A stretch of 64,000 nt of DNA from an uncultured Phycisphaerales bacterium (lineage in GTDB: Bacteria > Planctomycetota > Phycisphaerae > Sedimentisphaerales > Anaerobacaceae). The translations under genes were made by a program, and so were the position numbers. Under the pieces are notes generated by a model. The model was given only the letters and a program-made list of their open reading frames with translations, did no database searches and was not told the DNA's origin. Below are positions 1 to 10,058 of this stretch, in pieces; the stretch's first letter is position 1, and each line of letters begins with the position of its first letter. The stretch covers positions 96,001-160,000 of the forward strand of contig CAVYYI010000002.1 of assembly GCA_963772725.1 (NCBI GenBank). The letters run 5' to 3'.

Positions 1-377
1 ATATTGTTAATCACCATGCCAACCATCCGGCCATCCAGAATATGCAGGATATTTTTCGTGAAAAGGCCGATAGGCTTTACCACTGGGCCGATGACCGTAA
101 GGTACCGGCAGATAACAATTTGGCTGAACGGGAACTGCGTCCGCTTGTTATTGCCAGAAAGATAAGTTTCGGCTCTCAATCTGAAGATGGGGCAAAAACG
201 CGTGAGATTCTTATGACGGTATTACATACTATGCGAAAAAGATGTCCGGATGTTGTTGATGCCTTCAAGTCTGCACTCAACAAACTTGCCGAACAGCCTG
301 ATATAGACCTTTCCAAAGTTCTCCTCCGTGCCGACTCATCATAACCTGCACCTGCCCACCCATAACTGACCCATTAC
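1..377 (+). mobile_element. IS66-family element, 3' end (transposase C-terminus to 344, right end near 377)
   Basis: DNNLAERELRPLVIARKISFGSQSEDGA is the conserved IS66 TnpC C-terminal motif. The sequence ends ...CCATTAC, matching the GTAA-type IS66 terminus. Confidence 0.85.
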
Positions 378-488
378 TTATGTTGGTACAAAATTCTTGA
401 CAGTAAAGCCCTTTGCGAGATAATATTAAAATGTTTTTTTGAGAAGAAAAGTAACTTGTTGGATTTTTATGCTGAATAAGGAGATTGT

Positions 489-710
489 ATGAACAAACCA
501 TATTTATTTCGTTTTGCTAAATCATGTCTTTCGCCGGGCCGGGCTCAAACACGACCAGATTATTTTTATGATGAAGAAGCAGATCTTGTTCGTTGGTTAA
601 GAGAAGATTGTCCAGCCGCTATTGAGATAGAAGGGGAAAATGGCCCACAGACTAAAAAATGTGATATTGAAAAAGGCGACGATAATAAAGACCATAGGAT
701 GTGGAATTGA
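489..710 (+). CDS. Putative ATP-grasp-modified RiPP (graspetide) precursor
   Basis: 73 aa with a PYLFRFA leader motif and a T/K/D/E-rich core (TKKCDIEKGDDNKD). GGAG RBS. Lies directly upstream of an ATP-grasp ligase. Confidence 0.75.
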   Translation: MNKPYLFRFAKSCLSPGRAQTRPDYFYDEEADLVRWLREDCPAAIEIEGENGPQTKKCDIEKGDDNKDHRMWN

Positions 711-723
711 GATAACAACTGAA

Positions 724-1701
724 ATGATTTTGATATTATCAAATAAATGGGACATTAGTGCTGATTTTGTTGTAAGCGAACTCAGGCGACAGAGTTATCC
801 TTTCCTGCGGCTTAACACCGAAGATCTTGCATCAGGTATAGCAACCGTGGAACTCCCACAGTTGCAAATTAAGGTATCAAAAAGAGATAAAATCTATGAG
901 CTTGTTAAGGAAGTACACGTAATATGGAACCGGCGGCCAGGAAAACCATATGATGACGTGCTTTTAGAAAATAGGCCTTCTATTGCGACACAACGATTTG
1001 TAAATGACCAATGGTATTCATGGATTGAAGCATTGCAACTAATTCCCAATGTTGTTTGGATCAATCATCCCCAAGCCAATAACGCAATGGAGAGCAAGAT
1101 TAGGCAATTATGGTTGGCATCTAATATTGGTTTTCAAATCCCCAACACACTCATTTCAAACGACCCTTACAAAGCAAGAATGCACCTCAAAAAGTTCGGG
1201 GGTAAAATCATTGCCAAAGCACTTTATTCGCCGTTGATAAATGAAGAAAAAGAGCAGGATTTTTTTATATTTACCAACGAGATAGATAATATTTCAGAAA
1301 GTGATGACACCCAAATCAAGCTCAGTCCCTGTATTTTTCAGGAACCGATAACACCAAAGGTTGATTATAGAATTACTGTTATCGGGGAGACAGTCATACC
1401 AGCCAGAATTGAGTCCGAAAGTCGATCAAATGTAGCTTTAGATTGGCGAACACAAAAAGACGGTTTGAAATTTACTCATTGTACTTTGCCTCAAGAAATC
1501 GAAGACCTCTGCCGTCGCTTCGTAAAAGATAATGGGCTTTTGTTCGGAGCAATTGACCTTGTCGAATGTAAGGGTAAGTTTATATTCCTTGAGATAAACC
1601 CGAATGGAGAGTGGGGTTGGCTGCAAAAACCTAATCGCCTTCCTATAGCAGAAACATTATGCAATCTCATGATAATGAGTGATACAGAGAAGGAGAAATA
1701 A
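724..1701 (+). CDS. MvdC/MvdD-like ATP-grasp peptide maturase
   Basis: Motifs ILILSNKWD, WNRRP, KIRQLWLA, PCIFQE, DYRITVIG, DWR, GAIDL, FLEINPNGEWGWL. Start placed at ATG 724. Confidence 0.9.
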   Translation: MILILSNKWDISADFVVSELRRQSYPFLRLNTEDLASGIATVELPQLQIKVSKRDKIYELVKEVHVIWNRRPGKPYDDVLLENRPSIATQRFVNDQWYSWIEALQLIPNVVWINHPQANNAMESKIRQLWLASNIGFQIPNTLISNDPYKARMHLKKFGGKIIAKALYSPLINEEKEQDFFIFTNEIDNISESDDTQIKLSPCIFQEPITPKVDYRITVIGETVIPARIESESRSNVALDWRTQKDGLKFTHCTLPQEIEDLCRRFVKDNGLLFGAIDLVECKGKFIFLEINPNGEWGWLQKPNRLPIAETLCNLMIMSDTEKEK

Positions 1702-1702
1702 A

Positions 1703-2368
1703 ATGGAACTTAAACGTTTACTGTTTTTGCTTTGGCCACCTTATGAAGCAGCCGTAACAGATAAAATAATCGCAGATAAAAATAGCAAAATAGCAGAGCA
1801 AGTGAGATGGGATTCAATTAAAGCAGAAATATATGGATTATTACCCGAGGACGCTTCAATCTATAAAGAGCTGGAGTTTGCAGCAAGGCAAGTGCAAGAT
1901 GCCGAATCAAAGCGAAAAGAAACACTCGAAAACAAAGCTTCAACTTTTATTGCAGCTAGCGGTATAGCGACGAGTGTTATATCTATAATTCCCGCCTTAT
2001 TTGCAGATGAGTGGAATATTCCAATTAAGTGCGCCATGGTCTCTGGAGGAGCATATTTATTGGCAATAATCTGCTTTTTAGTATCGGCCTATTACGCTGT
2101 AAAAGTGCGAAGAGTCGCAGGTTTTGCTCAGCCAAGTGTGGCCTCATTTCTCGATTCTATGAAATCAAACAAAGGAAGTGGCAAAAAACGTGTGGTCTTG
2201 ACAGTGGCATCCAGTAAGTGGAACGAAGATCTCCTGCTACGCAAATCTAATTATTTATCAGTAGCGGAAGATTTATTTCTTCGTGGACTAGTTTTAGTTA
2301 CAATTGTAGCACTTGTCAGCATAGCAGCGAAGCTTTTTGTGCAGTTAAATATGAATCAGATTAAATAA
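1703..2368 (+). CDS. Membrane protein (about 3 TM segments), function unknown
   Basis: Three hydrophobic segments. Starts 1 nt after the ligase stop with an AGGAG RBS. Confidence 0.7.
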   Translation: MELKRLLFLLWPPYEAAVTDKIIADKNSKIAEQVRWDSIKAEIYGLLPEDASIYKELEFAARQVQDAESKRKETLENKASTFIAASGIATSVISIIPALFADEWNIPIKCAMVSGGAYLLAIICFLVSAYYAVKVRRVAGFAQPSVASFLDSMKSNKGSGKKRVVLTVASSKWNEDLLLRKSNYLSVAEDLFLRGLVLVTIVALVSIAAKLFVQLNMNQIK

Positions 2369-2423
2369 ATTGTTCCTAAATTTATGGCACTTAAAGGTAT
2401 TAATAAATTTTAGTGAGGTTAAT

Positions 2424-2651
2424 ATGAACAGCAGAATACAGATAATTCCTAAAGGCGGGGCAGAATTAGATTCTTATGTGGATGCAGTTTTAAGGATGGA
2501 AGAAGAGCTTTGCCGAGATGATATTACGGTGGAAGAACACAGAATTAAGTCTGTCGAGGCGGCCCGTGTTCTATTGTTAAAAATCATAGGAACGGTAGCA
2601 TCATATTATATTATAAAAATTATAGACCTTCTTTGGAGGCATGAATTTTGA
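2424..2651 (+). CDS. Small hypothetical protein with hydrophobic C-terminus
   Basis: GAGG RBS before ATG 2424. No recognisable motif. Confidence 0.45.
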   Translation: MNSRIQIIPKGGAELDSYVDAVLRMEEELCRDDITVEEHRIKSVEAARVLLLKIIGTVASYYIIKIIDLLWRHEF

Positions 2652-2755
2652 CGATAACAGGGGCAACTTCTTGAGAAATTATCTTGAGTATGCGAGCAAA
2701 AATGTAATAATACTTACAAGGAAATTTTTGAATATTTTGATAAGGACATATATTA

Positions 2756-3212
2756 ATGCCCAACAGAGAAACACATATAGTCGTGGGAACTTTAGCGGGC
2801 GGAGGTCTAGCAGACATACAGAGCACGGGAACAAGAACCAGCTTATTTGCTTTTAGAGTTTATAGGTGGAGGTATTACGGGTCATTTTGCGAGCCAGTTT
2901 CCTGATATTATCGAACCAGCTTCTTGGCCAGGCCACCGCCAATTTGCTCATTCGGTTGCATCTGGAAGCGGTGTTGTATACGGCTTATACAAGCTACTTG
3001 AGGAATGGGAAAAATGTTTTCGTTCAAAGGCTGAATATTATAAAAACAAAAGAAGTGAAGAGTACCTACACTGGTTTCAGAAAATTTTTTATGCAATTCT
3101 CGAAGTTCTTTCCAGAATTGCAGCCGGAGGTTTCAGCGGTTTAAGTGCCGGCTATTTGTCACATCTACTCCTTGATGGTGGCACACCAAGGGGTTTGCCG
3201 CTTCTACAGTAG
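2756..3212 (+). pseudogene. YdjM-like membrane metal-dependent hydrolase, +1 frameshift near 2812
   Basis: MPNRETHIVVGTLAGG in one frame joins YRAREQEPAYLLLE...PDIIEP...HRQFAHS...GYLSHLLLD in another frame. Confidence 0.75.
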
Positions 3213-3278
3213 GTCCGTTAAGATGCAACCAATAGATTTTTTAGGGGAAATGCGATACAAATTTAAGCAGACACATTT

Positions 3279-6200
3279 ATGGCAATACATGGAAGATTCA
3301 TTGGAATCAATAAGCATTCAGATGTACGAATCCGGGATTTGGCCGGAGCAAATCATGACGCAACAGCTTTATGGGCTTTGTTTTGTGATACAATTACAGG
3401 CATCGAAGCAGAATTAATTGTTGATGAAGAAGCTACGACAAATAAGATCCACCAGGCATTAAGCGAAACTTTGGAAAAAGCTTCTTGCGATGACATTGTT
3501 ATAATTTCTTTTGCTGGCCATGGCACAAATGACCATCGTCTGGTTATGCACGATACTGTCAAAGAGAAATTGGATGACACTACAATTTCCATGACTGAAA
3601 TCGCGGCTCTCTTTAAGAGACTCAAAGGCACAAATTATTCTATTAATTCTTGATTGTTGTTTTAGCGGTGGTGCCCCAGCCCGTGTACTTGAAGACAGTC
3701 CTATTTCTCGTAACTCCGATATATTACCCAACGAACTTGCAGGCAAAGGCCGTATTCTGATAACCGCATCCAATGCTAACGAACCGGCATGGGAACATCC
3801 CGGAACAAGGCATGGACTTTTAACCAAAGCTTTGATAGATGTCCTTCAGAAACCTGGGGGTAAAATTGACTTAACTGTAGCTATGAATGAGGTAATGAGC
3901 CGTGTTAAAACAGACGCAGATAGAATGGGGAAGGTTCAAACACCTGTTCTTCTCGGTTTTATAGAGGGCGGACTTGTTATTCCTACACTTCAACCAGGAA
4001 AACTATTTTACACAAAATTCCCGGAACTTAAGGGTATTAAAATTAGCTCTGATATCAGAGAACTGGCAAAATTCGGAATGCCAGAACCTGTTCTAACCGT
4101 CTGGTCTTACCAATTCAAAAATGGTCTTAATGAATTACAATTACAGGCTGTAAATGAATACAGAATTCTTGAAGGAGAATCATTGCTTGTTATTGCCCCA
4201 ACCACTTCAGGAAAAACATTTATTGGTGAGCTTGCAGGGATAAAAGCCATTACCGAAGGAAGAAAGGCCGTATTCTTGTTGCCTTACAGAGCTTTGGTAA
4301 ATGAAAAATATGATCAGTTTACATCGATGTATGGCAATCAGCTTAATATGAGGGTAGTCAGATGTTCCGGTGATTATACCGATCAGGTAGATTTGTTTGT
4401 CCGTGGCAAATATGATATTGCCTTTTTGACTTTTGAAATGTTCCTGAATATTTTGCTTACTAATCCTGTCTTGCTAGAGCAGATTGGACTTGTTGTTATC
4501 GATGAAACGCAATTTATTACTGATCCCCATAGAGGCGTTGTTGTAGAATTACTTCTAACCTATCTTCTGATGTCGCGCAAAAGAGAAATTACGCCTCAAA
4601 TTGTTGCATTATCCGCTGTTATCGGAGGTGTTAATGATTTTGATATGTGGCTTGATTGTAAGAAGTTGGTTACATATGAAAGGCCGGTACCACTTATAGA
4701 AGGAGTTCTTGACCGCAATGGAACTTTTCAGTATCTCGATGAATCAGGTAAGACAAAAGAATCCCAGCTACTGCCTGTTGGTACGATATACCAACGCCGC
4801 GACAAAGCAAGTTCTCAGGATGTGATAGTCCCTCTGGTTAAAGACCTCTTACATAGAAATAACCAAGAAAAGATTATCATATTCAGGAATCAAAGGGGAA
4901 CTGCGGAAGGAGCAGCAAATTATCTTGCTCAAGAACTGGGATTGCCTGCTGCAACAGAAGCAATAAACTTATTGCCCAGCCATGACCTTTCAAGTACATC
5001 TGAAAGGCTCAGGACTTGCCTTGAAGGTGGGACTGCATTTCATAATACCAATTTAACCCGGGAAGAAAAAGTAATCGTCGAACGCAATTTTCGAAACTCT
5101 GATGGTTTGATAAAAGTATTATCGGCCACAACCACATTAGCTGCAGGAATCAACACACCTGCAACAACTGTGATTTTGGCAGAACAGGAATTCATGGGAG
5201 AAGATGGACGGCCATTCACTGTTGCTGAATATAAAAATATGGCTGGCCGTGCAGGGAGATTAGGCTTCAATGAGAAGGGGTTGGCTATTATCTTGGCAGA
5301 TAGTAGTAATGAAAGAAACATACTTTTCAGGCGTTACATAACAGGAAAACTGGAAGAAATGAAATCCTCGTTTGATCCTTCACACATAGAAACATGGATA
5401 ATCAGATTGCTCGCACAAGTAAAACAAATCCCTAAAAAAGAAGTAGTGAGCCTACCCCTTAATACATACGCAGGCTACATTGCTAATAAAAAAAATCCAA
5501 AGTGGCATAATGAGATAAGTTTGCAATTAGAAAAACTGCTGGAAAAAATGACCGGTCTTGGGCTTATAGAGCAGGAAGCTGATAGCATACAGTTGACTTT
5601 ATTAGGAAGTGTTTGTGGCCAATCTGCTCTTTCTTTTAACTCAGCCATGAGGGCGGTGGAATTACTTAAACTAATCTCACCAAACCAAATAACTTCTGAA
5701 TGTTTAATGGCTCTGGTGCAAGGCTTGGATGAGTTGGACAATACATATACTCCATTAATGAAGAAGGGACAAAAAGAATCCGTCAGGCAACAGGATGCTG
5801 CTAATAGATATGGACCAGATATCATACGTATCCTGCAACGCTATACCCAGGGAGATATGTTTGTATATTACGCACGGTGTAAAAGAGCAGCGATATTATG
5901 GGATTGGGTTAATGGCATTCCAGTCGAAATTATTGAACAGCAATACTCTACAACTCCTTATCAGGGTAGAATAAGTTATGGAGATATGCGAACTTTTGCT
6001 GATGCTACTCGCTTTCACCTGCGTTCTGTGTACCAACTTGTTAATATAATGTTCATGGGGCAAGGGGCAAATGGAAACCAAATTGAAAATCTCTTAAAAA
6101 GACTTGAAATTGGGATTCCATCCAATGCCATAGAGTTGCTTTCTATTCCATTACCTTTAACCCGAGGACAATATCTGGCGCTACACAATATAGGGATAAG

Positions 6201-6300
6201 AAATTTTAAGGACTTATGGGATCTGCCCCATGCAACGATAAACGATATCTTTGGCAAACAACTTGCAGAGCAACTGGTAAAATTGAGACCTTCCAATTAA
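3279..6300 (+). CDS. Caspase-like (C14) protease fused to a Ski2/Hel308-like SF2 helicase; one +1 frameshift near 3620
   Basis: N-terminal FIGINKH and catalytic FAGHG lie in the first frame. LILDCCFSG and ITAS lie in the helicase frame, followed by APTTSGKT, IDETQ, ALSA, ATTTLAAGIN and NMAGRAGR. Confidence 0.85.
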
Positions 6301-6663
6301 TACTTTATATGTATGAATCACACACTTTCTAATGACATAGCTACTGCTAAAATGTGAATGAAAAATCACCGATGCAACGGAAAGAAGATAATCTGTTTTT
6401 CGTATAGCATCAGACACAATTCGGATTTTGAGGCATGGTGAAAACTCGATTCAGTAACCGACACAATTTACTTCCTCACCTGATGGGCCGACGTTGTCAC
6501 ATTAGGTTACAGACAACACAAGGTACTGCTAAGCTACTTAAATTGAAATAGTTGAGACTTAATCTGACACTTCTGTATAATCTTAACCAAAACTTGTCAG
6601 GGCGGATATCGAAATCGGTTCTATTTATCAGGTGAGTCGCGGTGTTATATATATCTTCAATTT

Positions 6664-7485
6664 TTATGTCTTCGGTCTTTTTAGTTGGTGAGCTATAAAT
6701 GGTGTAATTTTTTCCGTCAATAGCTGTGAAAGTTTACCAATATGTTCTTCGGTTAGCATTTCGCCTTCTTGATCACCACAATTTTTGAACGCGTATCCCA
6801 CGGCTTCATTTATGACTCGATTTTGTTCCTTTTGGCAAGACAATTTCTGTCCAATAGAAATTACTTTTTTAAAAGTACTTCTAATGCAATCATAAGGCCT
6901 CTTTTCATAGTAAATAGATGTCGTAATATCCTCTTTGCTAAGGGATGAAAGATTTACTTCCATCTCAATCTCGTCTCCAATAGCACGAGAAAAATCTATC
7001 TGGTCGGATTGGTGCAGCTTGTTCAGGAGAGTATGGTGTATTCTGTCCCATACTCCGGCTTCTTGTCAATCTCGTAACCTTCTCCAGCATGTCATTCCAC
7101 AACCACAGCCCATTTCGGGCGGCAGATCTTCCCACCCTATACCGGTTTTGAGTACGAACAAGATTCCGGTCAGGGCATCCCTGTCCGAGACCGGTTTTCG
7201 GCCAGGATATCTGAATCTCCTTTTCTTCTTTGGTAGTATTGGTTCTATGATTTCCCATAATCTATCATCAAGTATCGGTTTTGCCATGAGTAGTCTCCTT
7301 ATATTTTTGGCTACTCATGTTATCGGATATAAGGGTTAATTACCTTTCATTTTGTTAGAGGCTCTAAATCTGAACGGCATGAGCAAATCAAAAAATTTCC
7401 TATTAAGGTTATTTGTGGTAAGAAATCGATAGGCAAAACTCTTGTTGCCGTTTAAATCTATTTTGTCTTTAAGAGATTGTGTCAT
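6664..7485 (-). pseudogene. Hypothetical gene apparently disrupted by an IS5 relic
   Basis: An N-terminal piece (MTQSLKDKIDLNG..., 7485-7368) stops at the IS end. A C-terminal piece (6963-6664) follows the truncated transposase in frame. Confidence 0.4.
6975..7366 (-). mobile_element. Truncated IS5-family element (transposase N-terminus with internal stop)
   Basis: MAKPILDDRLWEIIEPILP...LKTGIGWEDLP..GMTCWRRLRD*QEAGVW. End sequence GAGCCTCTAACAAAA near 7350-7364. The catalytic half is missing. Confidence 0.85.
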
Positions 7486-7548
7486 GGCAACTGTTTTCAG
7501 GTGCTTAAAAGATAATTTTATAAATCCATTAATTCTGTTAAACGTAAA

Positions 7549-8307
7549 ATGAAGAAAATTATTATAGTTCTTGGAGGTTCTGTTGAACTCTACTTACATT
7601 ATTTTAAACTTTTCCAGGAGGTAGAAAGCCAGTTCAACTGCATAGTAAGAAGGATAGGAATTTTTAAATTTGTTACCAATATAAATAATGCTCGTTTAGA
7701 ATTTAAATTCTGCAAGAATCCTACTCGAGATAATAATTATAGGAGTTATAAAAAGTATTTGGAGGATGTAATTAAAGAATTACTGCCACCCCCAGCGGAC
7801 GAGGTCATTAAAAAGAACAGTAAAATATCTATTATACTATTTTTTGGTTTTTGTGGCGCTTTTACCGGAAAAACTGGAGAAATATGCGTTCCTGAAGTGT
7901 TCAAGGAAATATCCTTTAAAACTAATTTCATCAAAAAGTCTGACATTTTTGGGGTGAAGCCTCAAAATACAACAAAAATAAAAAATCTCCTTACAGGTAA
8001 AATAATTAGTGAGAAATCGGTAGTAATTACATCTAATTTATCTCTCACGCCAGATTACGTTGAAAATGGAGACGAAGGTCTAATTTTGCTTGGAAAAAAA
8101 CTTTCAGCTTATGGGGATGTTATTGACAAAGAGAGTTTTAAGATAGCTCAATGTTCCAGAAAAATCCCCATGGGCTTTATGCTTATGACCTCAGATTCTT
8201 TATACGATAGAAATCAAATGATCAGAAACAAACAGCTTTTCGAGCCAGACATAAAAAAATTTAATAAAGCTTGTATAGATTCCATCAAAGTTGTTTTGAA
8301 GGAATGA
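7549..8307 (+). CDS. Nucleoside phosphorylase/nucleosidase-fold protein (divergent)
   Basis: ILFFGFCGA, VIDKES and LMTSD resemble the GxAGa, vdME and xSD motifs of the PNP/UDP/MTAN fold. Confidence 0.5.
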   Translation: MKKIIIVLGGSVELYLHYFKLFQEVESQFNCIVRRIGIFKFVTNINNARLEFKFCKNPTRDNNYRSYKKYLEDVIKELLPPPADEVIKKNSKISIILFFGFCGAFTGKTGEICVPEVFKEISFKTNFIKKSDIFGVKPQNTTKIKNLLTGKIISEKSVVITSNLSLTPDYVENGDEGLILLGKKLSAYGDVIDKESFKIAQCSRKIPMGFMLMTSDSLYDRNQMIRNKQLFEPDIKKFNKACIDSIKVVLKE

Positions 8308-9553
8308 GAGATTTCCTTCTTATTATTTCTGATATAAGGTTTTTTTCATGAAGTAAAGGTATTCTTTCCACTACGTATTTTAGTAATGTTTTATGGAAAC
8401 TACAATATGTACTCTTGCCTGTGACCGCTTTTCTTTTCAATATCAAGGAGCCTGGACACCCCCCTCCACAAAACCTTCTCCAGTTGCAAGTAGAGCATCC
8501 ATGTATGTTCTTGATATCTCTGTAGATTCTAAAGTCGATTGGTTGATTTACCACGGAACTCAGAGATTTTTTAAAAATATTGCCGAGTAAATATTTTTTA
8601 TTCCCCCAAAAATAGTCACAAGGGTACATATCTCCATTAATATCAATGCCGACCAAGGGATATTTTGAATCAATACAACATTGAACACAATTTGAAGGGG
8701 CGGTTTTAGGAGCCAGATTTATTAAGTATTTTCTGACATTCTCTATTTCAATAGTTTTCTCACCGCTAAGTTTAGCTCGAAAATACTTTTCAAAAACCTT
8801 AGTCATGCTTGCAATTAAATCTCCCTCATATGGAGCAATATTCTTGTTGCCCTGACTAACGGGACAAAAGAAAACTGTATTGATTCCTTCGCTTTCGAAA
8901 TGTTCGACAATATTCTCGAGATACTTTACATTTTCCTTGGTCACAACTGTAATAACGCCAATTCCTCCTTGTTTTTGTTTGATTAAACGTAAGTTTTTAA
9001 TAACATCGTCATAAGAAGGCGATCCCCCAATATAAGGACGATTCTTATTGTGCAATTCTTTTGTACCGTCTAGGCTAATTCCTATGTATACTTTTTTTCT
9101 GACCAAGAAGTCTATAGTTTCATTGTCAAATAGCGAACCATTAGATTGCATGGAAAATTTTATCTTATAATCTTTTTGTTCAGAATACGATATCAGTTCT
9201 TTAATAAGTCCAAAATTGGTCATAGGTTCACTGCCGTGGAAAATAACATATCGATCTTCCATGGGCAACTCCATTACCCTATCTATCGCTTTTTTACCGA
9301 CCTCATGTGACATGAAAGATTTGTATTTTTTTAAATGTTCTACAAGACAGTATGTACAGTCAAAATTGCAGTTTCTGCTAACATTCAGTAAAACAAGTGA
9401 AACACCCTTGTACCGCCTCCGCCTACATGAATTCTTGACTTTCTTCGCGACTCCATTATCAAAAAAATCGGCTAATACCCATTTTCCGGATTCAGAACAA
9501 CAAATAAACTTTTTTGTACTGAGAGTTTCTAATTCAAATATATTTTGTTTCAT
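8285..9553 (-). CDS. Radical SAM/SPASM-domain peptide maturase
   Basis: CNFDCTYC (CX3CX2C), FHGSEP, ISLDG. SPASM cysteines in CVQCC...GDMYPC...CSTCNWRRFCGGGCPG...YC. Alternative start at 9595. Confidence 0.92.
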   Translation of the reverse strand: MKQNIFELETLSTKKFICCSESGKWVLADFFDNGVAKKVKNSCRRRRYKGVSLVLLNVSRNCNFDCTYCLVEHLKKYKSFMSHEVGKKAIDRVMELPMEDRYVIFHGSEPMTNFGLIKELISYSEQKDYKIKFSMQSNGSLFDNETIDFLVRKKVYIGISLDGTKELHNKNRPYIGGSPSYDDVIKNLRLIKQKQGGIGVITVVTKENVKYLENIVEHFESEGINTVFFCPVSQGNKNIAPYEGDLIASMTKVFEKYFRAKLSGEKTIEIENVRKYLINLAPKTAPSNCVQCCIDSKYPLVGIDINGDMYPCDYFWGNKKYLLGNIFKKSLSSVVNQPIDFRIYRDIKNIHGCSTCNWRRFCGGGCPGSLILKRKAVTGKSTYCSFHKTLLKYVVERIPLLHEKNLISEIIRRKSLIPSKQL

Positions 9554-9683
9554 CTGATATTGAAGCACCTTAAGGTTTAATAACAAACGGTTCACTTTCC
9601 ATAAAACTCATTTTTGCTCAAAGTTCGAGTATTAGAAGAACAGGCCATGTAATTCTAACCTGGATACACAAAAAACCGTTCTT

Positions 9684-9902
9684 TCAACAGAAAATGCCAT
9701 CTTGGTATGTTGGAGGCCCCGCATCGTACGGGGGAGGTCCAGCCTGGTATGGTGGAGGACCTGCATAGTACGGAGGAGGTCCAGCCCTATAATGCTGAAA
9801 TTCTGGGATTCCTACCAAAACTTCTACAGGAAAAATTTCTTCCGGCAAAATGACTTTGTTTTCTTTTTGCACGATAATATTTCTGATTTGCTTTTCTACC
9901 AT
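9684..9902 (-). CDS. Putative multi-core RiPP precursor (37-aa leader + 5 x Y-x-A-G-P-P-P-type heptads)
   Basis: YRAGPPP YYAGPPP YQAGPPP YDAGPPT YQDGIFC. GGTGAGGTG RBS. Same strand as, and directly upstream of, the rSAM gene. Confidence 0.8.
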   Translation of the reverse strand: MVEKQIRNIIVQKENKVILPEEIFPVEVLVGIPEFQHYRAGPPPYYAGPPPYQAGPPPYDAGPPTYQDGIFC

Positions 9903-10058
9903 TTTACTTGCACCTCACCAATATTAAATTGTCTCATGTTGATTTTTTGGTAAAATTCTTACAAATAAGTAGCATTTTAATATATCCCTACCCATTGTCA
10001 AGACAAAAAAACTCAAACTTAGGGTTTTTTGAAAAATATTTTAGGAGGTGACGAACAG

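Noticed and set aside
640..723. Extended N-terminus of the ATP-grasp ORF
   Set aside because: It overlaps the precursor. The family-typical start is ATG 724.
6475..6636. 10-bp inverted repeat CTCACCTGAT / ATCAGGTGAG
   Set aside because: Too short, with no target duplication and no second copy seen.
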